Positions 18,774-28,097 of a stretch of DNA of 64,000 bases are shown piece by piece. The notes under the pieces were generated by a model. That model saw only the letters and a list, made by a program, of their open reading frames with translations, ran no database searches and was not told the DNA's origin. Both the position numbers and the translations under genes were made by a program. The number at the start of each line of letters is the position of its first letter. The first letter of the stretch is position 1. The DNA comes from Candidatus Poribacteria bacterium (GTDB taxonomy: Bacteria > Poribacteria > WGA-4E > WGA-3G), in contig OZ242029.1 in NCBI GenBank assembly GCA_965205015.1, forward strand, positions 3,616,001 to 3,680,000. Direction: 5' to 3'.

Positions 18774-20627
18774 TCAGTTGAGTGTTGGGTTTCGATGGGT
18801 TTCAATATTGTTGATAACTGTATCGGCGCGGGCAATTAATGTGTTTCGTTCATCTACAGATAACGGCACAGGCGCGAATCGGTGGTAATCACACTTGGTG
18901 AGAAGATCGATGAGTTCATCAAGAACAGATTCGGGGATTCCGACGTGTGTGCATACTTGGCGTGCTGTGTCGATATTCCGTTGTGCCAAGTCGCATGTAT
19001 CCTCAAGATACTGATAAAGCACTTGGGCGAGTGCGTTGGCGAACGACGTCGCATTTTCTGTGGTGTGGCTATTTGCGAGTGCTGCAAGTGCCTCGCGTGC
19101 TTGTGAAGCGGGTGTTACGGGTTCTGTCTCGGTCTCTTGTGTTTTTCGCTTCCCGAGTCCACCCATATTGCGTGTGCCTGTTCCGGTCTCAGTGGATGAC
19201 TTCCTTCGCGTCGGTATCGCAAACCCAGTGCGATACCAGAGATACCCGCCTATTCCCAATGCTACTATCAGAATTGCCGAGAGGATTAACCAACGTAACC
19301 ATGGTGAACTACCGGTCTCATCTTCAGCGGGATCGTTTGGGTGGGGACGCACGGAAACAGGGATAGGGGTGGTCTGCGTCGTTGCATAAACCCCGCGGGT
19401 CGGATCGAAATAGGCGTATGCGATGGCGGGGATGCGGAATATCCCCCTTCTGGCAGCGGTTAGGGTGTATACGTACCCCCGGCTTGTTGGTGTCACTTCA
19501 AACGGATTGGGTCTGCTCACCATGACGCCTGCAATTGCTGGCAGCGTCGGGGGTGTGACTGTCTGGATGTTGCCGTGTCCGGAGATACGGACGGTGAGCG
19601 TGAGCGCGCGTCCGGCTTCAATCCAACCCCGCTCAATTTCAGCAGAAATTTGATATTCACCGATAGCACCGTTGAAGTGAGGCGGTCTGCCTATTTCGGG
19701 AATCGGTTGCACTGTCAAGGTCAACGGTTTGGTTTTTAAGGTTCTGCGTCCTTGCGGGAGGGGTAGGAACAGTTCAGCAGGTGCGATAATGATCTGTCCG
19801 GTTTTCTTTGGGTATAATTTATGTGTGTATTCTTCGACCCAAAATGTCCGCCCGCGAATTTGCTGTGTATAGGTCTGAGACTTTTGAAGTTTCTCAACGA
19901 GGAAGTCCCGGAAGGTCGGGAGTCGGGGAGTTGGGGACTCGCGAGTCGGGAGGACTGTCGTGTAGAGGTGTCGGAAGGTATACGTAAATGGTGCGTTGAG
20001 GTAGGGCTGCGCGGTATTGACCTCTGCTTCAACTTGATGGATCGCGTTGGTTGAGACATCTACGTATGTATCGGTACCGCTCACGCGAATCGAACCCGGA
20101 TTTGCGAAGTACGGGGTGCCTTGATAGGCGAGACGGATGTCGGATAGCGTAAAGTCGCCGATCGCTTGCGGGATCAATTCATAAGCCCACGCCATAGAAA
20201 CCGCAATCTTGTTTGTTTCTAATCGTGGTGTGGTTTCGGAATGCAGTGGCACTGCAAGGAACGCCGGTAGGAAATTGAACTGCGGTGCTTCAACATGCTT
20301 GATGTGTGCCTTCCCTGAAAGTGTGAGGTCCAACCGCGCTTTCTCTCCGAATTGGATGTGACGCGGATTCACTACGGCAGCGACATGAATCTCTTGGCTG
20401 TGTGCCGCTGTTACAAGAAAGATGAAAATGATGCCGACGAAAAAAAATGGGAGAAGGGGATGGAAGGATGGAAGAAGGGAAGGATGGAGGATCCACGCTT
20501 CCAACCTTCCAACCTTCCAACCAAGAATCTTTCCATCCTTCTGAAGTTTACCAATCCTTTTCACGCCGATATCCGCTTTTGCGTTGTTGTTGCAGTAATT
20601 TTTGCCGTAGTCTGTTTTCATTCTCAC
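18774..20627 (-). CDS. batD: BatD family protein (true start probably near 20500)
   Basis: Repeated Ig-like Bat domains (YELIPQAIGDFTL, LYPKKTG, FNGAIG, G.GNI, YFDP...Y); C-terminal TM and RFAP; follows a BatC-like TPR gene. Confidence 0.8.
   Translation of the reverse strand: MRMKTDYGKNYCNNNAKADIGVKRIGKLQKDGKILGWKVGRLEAWILHPSLLPSFHPLLPFFFVGIIFIFLVTAAHSQEIHVAAVVNPRHIQFGEKARLDLTLSGKAHIKHVEAPQFNFLPAFLAVPLHSETTPRLETNKIAVSMAWAYELIPQAIGDFTLSDIRLAYQGTPYFANPGSIRVSGTDTYVDVSTNAIHQVEAEVNTAQPYLNAPFTYTFRHLYTTVLPTRESPTPRLPTFRDFLVEKLQKSQTYTQQIRGRTFWVEEYTHKLYPKKTGQIIIAPAELFLPLPQGRRTLKTKPLTLTVQPIPEIGRPPHFNGAIGEYQISAEIERGWIEAGRALTLTVRISGHGNIQTVTPPTLPAIAGVMVSRPNPFEVTPTSRGYVYTLTAARRGIFRIPAIAYAYFDPTRGVYATTQTTPIPVSVRPHPNDPAEDETGSSPWLRWLILSAILIVALGIGGYLWYRTGFAIPTRRKSSTETGTGTRNMGGLGKRKTQETETEPVTPASQAREALAALANSHTTENATSFANALAQVLYQYLEDTCDLAQRNIDTARQVCTHVGIPESVLDELIDLLTKCDYHRFAPVPLSVDERNTLIARADTVINNIETHRNPTLN
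20457..20541. repeat. GGAAG/CTTCC palindromic repeat overlapping the batD N-terminus
   Basis: ggaaggatggaagaagggaaggatgg ... cttccaaccttccaaccttccaacc ... ttccatccttc. Confidence 0.7.
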
Positions 20628-21177
20628 TGAAACGTTCTAAGTGCCGAAGGGCTTCCGCTTTGCCAACGTCGTTCGGCTCGGTTTTCGGTGCGGGGTTTCT
20701 CTTTGCTTGCTGTTGTGCGAGGTCTTCCTGCTGTTTTAAAAGTTGACGCGCCACTGCAAGATTGTGTTGTGCGTCAGTATCTTGCGGGTCCAAGCGAAGT
20801 GCTTGCTGATAAGCGTCAATTGCACTCGTAAGGTCGCCGACTTTAAATTGGGCGTTTCCTAAGTTATACAGGATGCTTGATCGATTGAGAATATCTTCGG
20901 TTTGTTCGAAATGTCTTGATAGCGATGTCTGAAATGTCCGTGCCGCCTCTTGAAACCTACCTTGTTTATAGAGGGCAGTCCCCAGGTTATAGTGTGCAAC
21001 CGGATTGTCAGGTTTTTCAAGCGTTGCCTGTTGAAAAGCGGCTCGTGCTTCGTCGTAGTTTCCGCGCACATAAGCTTCGTTTCCAGCCTTCATGACGCGG
21101 GTCCAACCGCCTATCCACCCAACGAGGGCAATAACGAAAACAGTCGTAAACGAGCAACAGAGCATTTTGTTCAACAT
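20548..21177 (-). CDS. TPR protein, BatC-like
   Basis: GNEAY..G.Y..A, YNLGTALYKQG, YNLGNAQF and DAQHNLA repeats; C-terminal EKDW typical of BatB/BatC. Confidence 0.8.
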   Translation of the reverse strand: MLNKMLCCSFTTVFVIALVGWIGGWTRVMKAGNEAYVRGNYDEARAAFQQATLEKPDNPVAHYNLGTALYKQGRFQEAARTFQTSLSRHFEQTEDILNRSSILYNLGNAQFKVGDLTSAIDAYQQALRLDPQDTDAQHNLAVARQLLKQQEDLAQQQAKRNPAPKTEPNDVGKAEALRHLERFSENENRLRQKLLQQQRKSGYRREKDW

Positions 21178-21294
21178 GTTTTTATTGTAACAGATATTTT
21201 GGGGATTTGCAAGCAAATGCGAATGGCAATCAGCAGTAGGAGAAAATAAAAAAGGCGCGCTGAGAGAGCGCGCCCACGACAATAGCAATAGGTC

Positions 21295-22131
21295 TTATTG
21301 GCGTTTGATATCTGCCCAGATTGTTGTCAACTTCCCAGCGGGTTCGACGGAGACAACCAGCGGTTGGATTTCATCGAAGAAGCTCTGCTTGTCGGTTGCA
21401 TCTTTCGGGTAGATAGTAACGGCATCGTGCGTTGCATCGTCAAAGTGCAAGTTGAGATAAGCAGCACCCCCGGATTCACCGCACCGGTAGAGCAGGACGT
21501 TGGCACCTTTTTGCAATTCAACTTCAACAGTGTGAAGAATCGTTCGTGCGGCACCCGTCCACCGGGTATTGTTGTACCATTTTTCACCGTTAATCCAGAT
21601 CTGTGCCCAATCATCGTGCGCTGGGGACATCACAGCTGTCATGTCATCCGGTGAATCAATAACGCACATCACATAGGTATCGATGTTATCAGCGGGACCG
21701 CCACGGTTCATATTGTTGTCGTCCGCGACATCAAGTTCAAAGACCGTCCATGCCCGGTCTCCACCGTGGTCGTCTCCCCATGCCATATCGATGTCTTGGG
21801 TCATGAGCAAACCGTCAAGCGTCGAAAGTGAGACTTGATTCAGTTTTCCGCCGCTGCCTTCCTCGATGAAGTCCATCGGACCGGAGACTTGGAAGGTTCC
21901 ATTGTTTTCATAGTTTCCCTCGGGTCCGTACCATTTACCGATCCACGTATCAACACCACTGTCATCTTGTCTAAGGTTGTCACCGTTGGGTTCTGGATCT
22001 TCTAAGAGCATGTCTTCCGCCAGAGGACCACCGGTAATCGCGTTTGCTTGTGCAAATACAAGTTGTGAACCACTAATAATGAGTGTGAATACAATCGCGA
22101 TTGCGAGTGTAAAGGTATAAAATCTTTTCAT
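21295..22131 (-). CDS. Secreted beta-sandwich (PA14/galactose-binding-like) protein, paralog 1, with conserved C-terminal tail
   Basis: Signal peptide; SPAHDDWAQIWINGEKWYN core; ends VEPAGKLTTIWADIKRQ. Confidence 0.75.
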   Translation of the reverse strand: MKRFYTFTLAIAIVFTLIISGSQLVFAQANAITGGPLAEDMLLEDPEPNGDNLRQDDSGVDTWIGKWYGPEGNYENNGTFQVSGPMDFIEEGSGGKLNQVSLSTLDGLLMTQDIDMAWGDDHGGDRAWTVFELDVADDNNMNRGGPADNIDTYVMCVIDSPDDMTAVMSPAHDDWAQIWINGEKWYNNTRWTGAARTILHTVEVELQKGANVLLYRCGESGGAAYLNLHFDDATHDAVTIYPKDATDKQSFFDEIQPLVVSVEPAGKLTTIWADIKRQ

Positions 22132-22262
22132 TCTGTATCTTACATCCTTTTTTAGATTTAGAGATTAAAAACTAAAGCGATTAGGCGGCGTTATGGTGCC
22201 TCCTAAGATACTTTAACAGGTTATAAACGCTGAAATTGCGTTCGAGACTACAACTTATAATT

Positions 22263-22291
22263 ATTATAACACATAGACATAAATTTGTCAA
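22263..22291 (-). promoter_or_regulatory. Perfect-consensus sigma70 promoter of paralog 1
   Basis: TTGACA-17bp-TATAAT with TG extension. Confidence 0.75.
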
Positions 22292-22761
22292 GGTTTCAAT
22301 ACACGTGCAGCACCAAATTTATCGACTATGTAAGCAACACCGTCACCCTCAGATATACCTAAGAGAACCCTTGCATTTCCATCAGGGGCGAACAGTGAGA
22401 GGACCCCGCCCCCCTCGTTCACCATGAGAGACGCACCGGTTTTCTCCTTTGATCCCTGCGTTGTCACAACGCCATTGCCTTCCGCAACCAAAAGCGAAGC
22501 GGCACCGACTCCCTTTGGACCGTAAGTTACCACACGTCCGCCATTTCTGTCCCAAGAGATATGAACTCGGGGGTCCATATCATCACCCATGATCCTTATA
22601 TCCTTACGGACGATGAGTTCTCCGACGGTCAGTTTATCGATCGTTTCATATCCAAACTGTGCTTCTGTATTGTTGTTTGTGTTCCCTAACATAAAACCAG
22701 CGAGGGTCAGCAATCCCCCGAAAACCATATATTTCAACTTTTCAGGCGCTCTCAATTTCAT
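22288..22761 (-). CDS. Hypothetical exported protein with about 22-aa glycine-rich beta repeats
   Basis: N-terminal hydrophobic helix; ASLLVAEGNGV / ASLMVNEGGGV / LLGISEGDGV repeats; AGGAG RBS. Confidence 0.7.
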   Translation of the reverse strand: MKLRAPEKLKYMVFGGLLTLAGFMLGNTNNNTEAQFGYETIDKLTVGELIVRKDIRIMGDDMDPRVHISWDRNGGRVVTYGPKGVGAASLLVAEGNGVVTTQGSKEKTGASLMVNEGGGVLSLFAPDGNARVLLGISEGDGVAYIVDKFGAARVLKP

Positions 22762-22921
22762 TGAATTCTCCTTGTGAAAAAAATGCGAGAATGCCTTCAG
22801 AAAGGATTCTTTTTTGGCATTCTTGGTGTTATGTTAGGCATGAGGTGTCAGCAGTCGGGATTCGGAGATCCTTCCTACAGAGTTTATCAGGAGTCGGTTA
22901 TTCGGAAAAGAGAGCAAGAAA

Positions 22922-22954
22922 AAGCCCTCGTCTGAAAAGCGTAGACAAGGGCTT
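22922..22954 (-). terminator. Putative intrinsic terminator after paralog 2
   Basis: aagccct.gtct ... agac.agggctt hairpin followed by a T run on the minus strand. Confidence 0.55.
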
Positions 22955-22961
22955 ATGTTTC

Positions 22962-23807
22962 CTACTGGCTGCGCTTAATATCTGCCCAGATACTTGTCAA
23001 CTTTCCAGCAGGATCGACTGCAAGAGCACGAGAGGCTTCGCTGAAGAAACTTTTCTGGTCTTTCGCCTTGTCTGGATAGATTTGGCATAGCCTGTGCGTG
23101 TCTGAGTCAAAGTGCAAGTTGAGGTATGCGGCACCGCCGGATTCACCACACCGGTAAAGCACAACATTCCCGCCTTTCACCAAGTCGACTTCAATGTTGT
23201 AGTGCACGATCTGTGCGCCCCCTGTCCAGGTCCGGTCGTTGTACCACTTTTCACCATTGACCCAAATCTGTGCCCAATCGTCGTGTGCCGGAGAAAAGAT
23301 AGATTTCATATCTTTGGGCGCCTCAATCACACACATCACATACGTATCAATGTTATCGGCGGGACCATCTCTATTCATATTATCTTGATTTGCGACTTCA
23401 AGTTCAAAGACATCCCACTCTCGGGTACCGCCGTTCTTCTTAGCCCATTCCATTTTAACGGTCTGCGTCAGTTTCAAACCTGCGATCGTCGAAAGTTTGG
23501 GTTCCGTCAGTTTACCCTTGGTGCCTTCGTCGATCAAGTCTCTCAGCCCGGAAACTTGGAAGGTTCCATTGTTTTCGTAGTTGCCATCGGGCCCGTACCA
23601 CTTACTGATCCAATCTTTAACATCGGCGTGGTTCTCGGCCAACCCTGCGCCGTTTTCGACATCGGCCTCCTGGCGCCAATCTTTCTCCGGTATCGGACCG
23701 CCTTTGATATTGACTTTGTGCTTCTGTGCGAATGCGAGGTGCGAACTACTCACAACCAGCGCAAAAATAATGGCGATCGCAAGCGTAAGTTGATACACTC
23801 TGTTCAT
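22962..23807 (-). CDS. Secreted beta-sandwich protein, paralog 2
   Basis: Highly similar to 21295-22131; ends AVDPAGKLTSIWADIKRSQ; GGAGG RBS before the ATG at 23807. Confidence 0.75.
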   Translation of the reverse strand: MNRVYQLTLAIAIIFALVVSSSHLAFAQKHKVNIKGGPIPEKDWRQEADVENGAGLAENHADVKDWISKWYGPDGNYENNGTFQVSGLRDLIDEGTKGKLTEPKLSTIAGLKLTQTVKMEWAKKNGGTREWDVFELEVANQDNMNRDGPADNIDTYVMCVIEAPKDMKSIFSPAHDDWAQIWVNGEKWYNDRTWTGGAQIVHYNIEVDLVKGGNVVLYRCGESGGAAYLNLHFDSDTHRLCQIYPDKAKDQKSFFSEASRALAVDPAGKLTSIWADIKRSQ

Positions 23808-23921
23808 TTTTATCTCCTCCATAACGGATAAATTGTTAAAAGCACTGGGTCAAACGACAGTGTAACCCAGATTCGTTCATAGGTTGCGTAATGTTGAACC
23901 AGTCTAACATTACAATTTGGT

Positions 23922-23950
23922 AACATAACATTTATAGCAAAATTTGTCAA
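23922..23950 (-). promoter_or_regulatory. Sigma70 promoter of paralog 2
   Basis: cTTGACAaattt-17bp-TATGTT with TG extension. Confidence 0.6.
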
Positions 23951-24188
23951 GAAAATGTTAAATAAAATATTAAAAATACCATCAGAATCAGGATTTTCAG
24001 GATTATGAAGGGATTGGGACTAATTCTACAGGTGCGGTGTTTTTGATTAGGTGTTTCCCGTAGGAAACCGCACCTCTCCTATAGGGGTAAACTGAAAAAA
24101 TATGGCGGATCGTAGGACACGGTCGCCCTGCAATCCGCCATGTGTAAGGATGGGTTAGAAAACACGTAAATAGAAACGATGCGGTGTT

Positions 24189-25016
24189 CTATTTGCGTTT
24201 AATATCGCCCCACGTTGTTGCCAACTTTCCAACGGGATCCACGTCAAGCGCGCCACGAGCTTCATCGAAAAAGCTCTTCTGGTCTTTCGCTTTGTCCGGG
24301 TAGATGTCAACCGTGTCATGCGTTTTTTCGTCAAAGTGCAAGTTCATATACGCATCACCGCCGGATTCACCACACCGATAGAGGACGACATTCCCGCCTT
24401 TTTGCAATTCAACTTCAATGTTGTAATCGACCTGCTGGGCGGCACCCGTCCACAGAGAGTTATTGTACCACTTCTCGCCGTTGATCCAAATTTGGGCGTG
24501 GTCGTCGTGGGCAGGCGACATCACGGACTTCATTGCCTGGGGTGCCTTAATAACGATAATACCGTAGGTATCAATCGAATCCCCGGGACCGCCTCTGTTC
24601 ATGTGGTGCGAGTCCGCAGGATCAATTTCAAAGATTTCCCATCCTCGCGGTCCGCCATGTCCCTTATCCCAGCCGACATCAACGGTGAGCGTCAACTTCA
24701 AACCTTCAATGGTCGAAAGTTTAGGTTGCGTGAGTTTACCGTTGGTGCCTTCATCAATAAGGTCTTTTGGAGCCGAAGCGGGGAACCCACCGTTGTTTTC
24801 GTAGTTGCCATCGGGTCCGTAATACTTCGTGATCCAATTTTTGTTATCTGAATGGTCTTCGTTCAGTGCGGCTTCGGCTGGATTTTTGAGCCAATCTGCC
24901 TCTTTTAGAGGACCCCCTTTAATGTTGACCTTCTGTGCGAGTGCAAGGTGCGAAAGGCTCACAATCAGCGCGAACATAATCGCTGTCGCGAGCGTGAACT
25001 GATAAAACTTTTTCAT
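24189..25016 (-). CDS. Secreted beta-sandwich protein, paralog 3
   Basis: Same core motifs; ends DVDPVGKLATTWGDIKRK. Confidence 0.75.
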   Translation of the reverse strand: MKKFYQFTLATAIMFALIVSLSHLALAQKVNIKGGPLKEADWLKNPAEAALNEDHSDNKNWITKYYGPDGNYENNGGFPASAPKDLIDEGTNGKLTQPKLSTIEGLKLTLTVDVGWDKGHGGPRGWEIFEIDPADSHHMNRGGPGDSIDTYGIIVIKAPQAMKSVMSPAHDDHAQIWINGEKWYNNSLWTGAAQQVDYNIEVELQKGGNVVLYRCGESGGDAYMNLHFDEKTHDTVDIYPDKAKDQKSFFDEARGALDVDPVGKLATTWGDIKRK

Positions 25017-25148
25017 TGAAATTTGCCTCCTTTAGATAGACAATTCACACGACAGTCCAGGCACTGGTAGCCTGTCTGTTTCGCTAAAAAGTTAAGTGAA
25101 TCTCAATATTCAATCTGGATTCACTAAGAAAATCACGCGTTATCTATC

Positions 25149-25177
25149 ATTGTAAATTTTTAACGAAAATTTGTCAA
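25149..25177 (-). promoter_or_regulatory. Sigma70 promoter of paralog 3
   Basis: cTTGACAaattt-17bp-TACAAT. Confidence 0.65.
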
Positions 25178-25227
25178 GTGTTAATTGTCGGAATTTAGGG
25201 ACATTCAGTTTAAGGTTGCGGCGTGTG

Positions 25228-27042
25228 TTATGGATACGCATTGAGTGCCGATTGCCATTTGGTGAGTTGCGCGACGCGCTGCTGCGCATCCGCTGGTATT
25301 TCAAGGGGTCTGCCGCGAGTGTCAACGACCAATCCGACGACACCTCCTATGACCTCCGATTCAACGACTTGTCCATTCCCTGCACCGACATCGAACCGCC
25401 GCGAAGGCTGGAGTTTCACTGTTGCCTTTTCACCCAATGACAGCGGATAGAGACGGAGGTCGCCGTAGGGGACATCCTCGGCGATGGGTGGGTTGCCAGC
25501 GATACTGATTTCAATCGAAAGACAGACTTCACCTACCTTTGCGACGCCGACTGGTGCTATCGCGGTGCCTAAATGAATGAGGCAATCCCGTTCAAAGACT
25601 TGCGTCGCCGCTTCGGGGTTGACCTGCGCCAAAACACCGAGTTGTGGCATCATGAAGATACTATCAACGGCGAGATGGGTTATGCCTTCAGGTTGAAAAG
25701 CATCTATCATCATGAGCATGGCTTGCTGACGCCGGGGTGCGTGTGATAAGACACCCCCACTTCCGACGAGCATATCCAAGGAGAGCATATCAACGAGGGT
25801 TTGACCGCTTTCGGCTTGATCGAAGGCTTCAGAGATCGTCCGTTGTTGCTGGACCCCACGCAATTCTACGGCGAGTTGTTTGTGTTGTTCAAAAGCGAGT
25901 CGGAGTGCCTCACGCGCGATTGCTTGTTCGAGAATTAGCTCTTGCAACGTTTGTGGGATTGTGGTCGGACGAATCATTTTGTTTTTGATGCGGTTGCGGA
26001 GGTCGCCGACCTCAATATCAAACGGAACCCAACGGAGAACGTTTTCTAAGCCGGCTTCAGCGAGGACGTTGGAGACACTGTAACTCATACCGAGATTGGC
26101 ACTCACAGTGCGATTAAAGATGGGTTCCCCTTCTCTGTTTTTAAAGACGGAAAACACATCCGTCGTCGCGCCCCCGATGTCAACACCGACGACTTCGATA
26201 TCTTGTTGTGCGGAGACGGTCTGAATTATCTCACCGACTGCTCCAGGGGTCGGCATAATGGGTGCGTCTGTCCAGTCGATGAGTTTCCTGTAACCGGGTG
26301 CGTGTGCCATGACGTGTTCGAGGAATTGGTCCTGAATCTTGTGGCGTGTCGGCATGAGGTTTTCACGTTCTAAAACCGGACGGAGGTTGTCCACCATCTC
26401 TAATGCCATGACGTCTTTCAGGCGTTCTTCGATCGATGCGCGAGCGTCTCTGTTCCCGGCATAGATGAGGGGGAGTTCATAGGCGATACCCAACCGCGGT
26501 CTGGGGCGTGCAGCGGCGATGATCTCAGCCAATTCGACGACGTGCGAGGTTGTCCCGCCGTCAACACCCCCAGAAAGGAGGAGCATATCGGGACGTAGAT
26601 GCCGGATCCGTTCAATTTTTTCATGGGGGAGGCGTTTATCGTTGGAAGCAATGACGTCCATAACGATTGCACCAGCGCCGAGCGCGGCACGCTCCGCACT
26701 TTCAGCCGTCAGATTGCGGACGACACCTGCTACCATCATCTGGAGTCCGCCACCGGCACTGCTGGTGGATATGTAGATATCGACGCCTTCATCTCCGCGT
26801 TGGGGTTTGAGGATCACACCGTCATTGAGGAGTTTGCGGCCTGCGAGTTCCTCGACTTCGGTGATGGCATTAATAACACCCGCCGTTACGTCTTCAACAG
26901 GGGCTTCAACCGTGGTAGGTGCCTCACCCCGTACGATGAGTTGGTATTCCTCACCTCTTTTCTCGATTAGAATTGCTTTCGTTGTTGTGCTGCCACAATC
27001 CGTGGCAAGAATAGAGCGGATGGCCTCCGCGGGTTTGTTCAT
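25228..27042 (-). CDS. glmL: GlmL/MutL-like (glutamate mutase accessory) ASKHA-fold ATPase
   Basis: TDCGSTTTK, TSSAGGGL, TAESAERAALGAGA, GGVDGG, MPTPGAV and VDIGGATTDV motifs. Confidence 0.85.
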   Translation of the reverse strand: MNKPAEAIRSILATDCGSTTTKAILIEKRGEEYQLIVRGEAPTTVEAPVEDVTAGVINAITEVEELAGRKLLNDGVILKPQRGDEGVDIYISTSSAGGGLQMMVAGVVRNLTAESAERAALGAGAIVMDVIASNDKRLPHEKIERIRHLRPDMLLLSGGVDGGTTSHVVELAEIIAAARPRPRLGIAYELPLIYAGNRDARASIEERLKDVMALEMVDNLRPVLERENLMPTRHKIQDQFLEHVMAHAPGYRKLIDWTDAPIMPTPGAVGEIIQTVSAQQDIEVVGVDIGGATTDVFSVFKNREGEPIFNRTVSANLGMSYSVSNVLAEAGLENVLRWVPFDIEVGDLRNRIKNKMIRPTTIPQTLQELILEQAIAREALRLAFEQHKQLAVELRGVQQQRTISEAFDQAESGQTLVDMLSLDMLVGSGGVLSHAPRRQQAMLMMIDAFQPEGITHLAVDSIFMMPQLGVLAQVNPEAATQVFERDCLIHLGTAIAPVGVAKVGEVCLSIEISIAGNPPIAEDVPYGDLRLYPLSLGEKATVKLQPSRRFDVGAGNGQVVESEVIGGVVGLVVDTRGRPLEIPADAQQRVAQLTKWQSALNAYP

Positions 27043-27075
27043 GCACTCGATCTCCTGTTTTCAGATTTTAACAGA

Positions 27076-27867
27076 TTAATAGCCTAATTGGCGTAGGTAT
27101 TCGCGGTTCACCGTCATGCGTTCGAGATCTGAACGTTCCTCAACCTGGCCCGGGCATGCGGTAACCCAACGATCATAATTGAGTTCCTCGAGCGTTGACA
27201 TGATTCCGGGGAAATCCATGACAGTGCCAGCACCGACATCTACCCAGTCTACATCGTATGAGTTGCCATCTCCACCCGTGTAGCCTGAATAATCCTGTAG
27301 GTGAACGTAGACGAGGACATCGCTATAACGGCGAATGGATTCAATCGGATCGTAGCCCCAGAGTGCGGAATGCGATACATCTATACACAATTTACACTTT
27401 CGGAGGAGACTCATATATTTTGCCCAGTCGTCGATCGAGTCTACTGTCGTGTTTGTGTGGATATGATAACAGACTTCCAAGCCGTATTGTGATGCGTATT
27501 CCGCCCAGTCTTCGGAGACATCAGCGAGTGCGGCGAGATCGGAATTGTTCACTGGCCGGTCTTGGGGTTTTCCCGCACCCATGAACATGAAGCAATCGGC
27601 TTCAACTTCTGCGGCGAAGTCAATACGCCGTTTGTTGAGTTCCATCTGTTCCGTGTCTTGGTCGATCGGCAGTCCGCGTGCTGTTACGGCGGCGATGGGT
27701 AAATCCACATTGTTGCACACCTGTCGAATGTGTTGCGGCGTGCCGACCCAGTCCAGGGATTGCCGCATCTCCCAACCGTCCCATCCTGCGTCCTTGAGTT
27801 GTGTCAACAATTCCTCAAAATCTGGTGTCTGCCAACGTAATGTACTATATCCAAATTTGAAACCCAT
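27076..27867 (-). CDS. Sugar phosphate isomerase/epimerase (xylose-isomerase-like TIM barrel)
   Basis: GWDGWE, CYHIH, LCIDVSH, YVHLQD and G.G.MDF motifs. Confidence 0.85.
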   Translation of the reverse strand: MGFKFGYSTLRWQTPDFEELLTQLKDAGWDGWEMRQSLDWVGTPQHIRQVCNNVDLPIAAVTARGLPIDQDTEQMELNKRRIDFAAEVEADCFMFMGAGKPQDRPVNNSDLAALADVSEDWAEYASQYGLEVCYHIHTNTTVDSIDDWAKYMSLLRKCKLCIDVSHSALWGYDPIESIRRYSDVLVYVHLQDYSGYTGGDGNSYDVDWVDVGAGTVMDFPGIMSTLEELNYDRWVTACPGQVEERSDLERMTVNREYLRQLGY

Positions 27868-27885
27868 AGTGTTTCTCCTTGTTTG

Positions 27886-27976
27886 GCTATCGGTTGTCGG
27901 TTGTCAGCAGTCGGTAAAGAAGTTTCTGATTAAATCAAGGGGCTTTTTACTGATAGCTGATGGCTGACTGCCGACC
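27886..27976. repeat. Heptamer-type inverted repeat cluster (GTCAGCA / CTGATAG family)
   Basis: ctatcggttgtcggttgtcagcagtcgg ... ctgatagctgatggctgactgccgac; related tracts near 4878, 48890 and 63610. Confidence 0.6.
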
Positions 27977-28097
27977 CCTATCTAAAATATTGTAGCACAT
28001 TTAAAAATAAATTGCTTGCTATATAACGGTAGCATTTGCTAAACTATATCCGTAAAATTCAGGGATTTTCCGTAATTACCCATTTTAAGGAGAAAAT

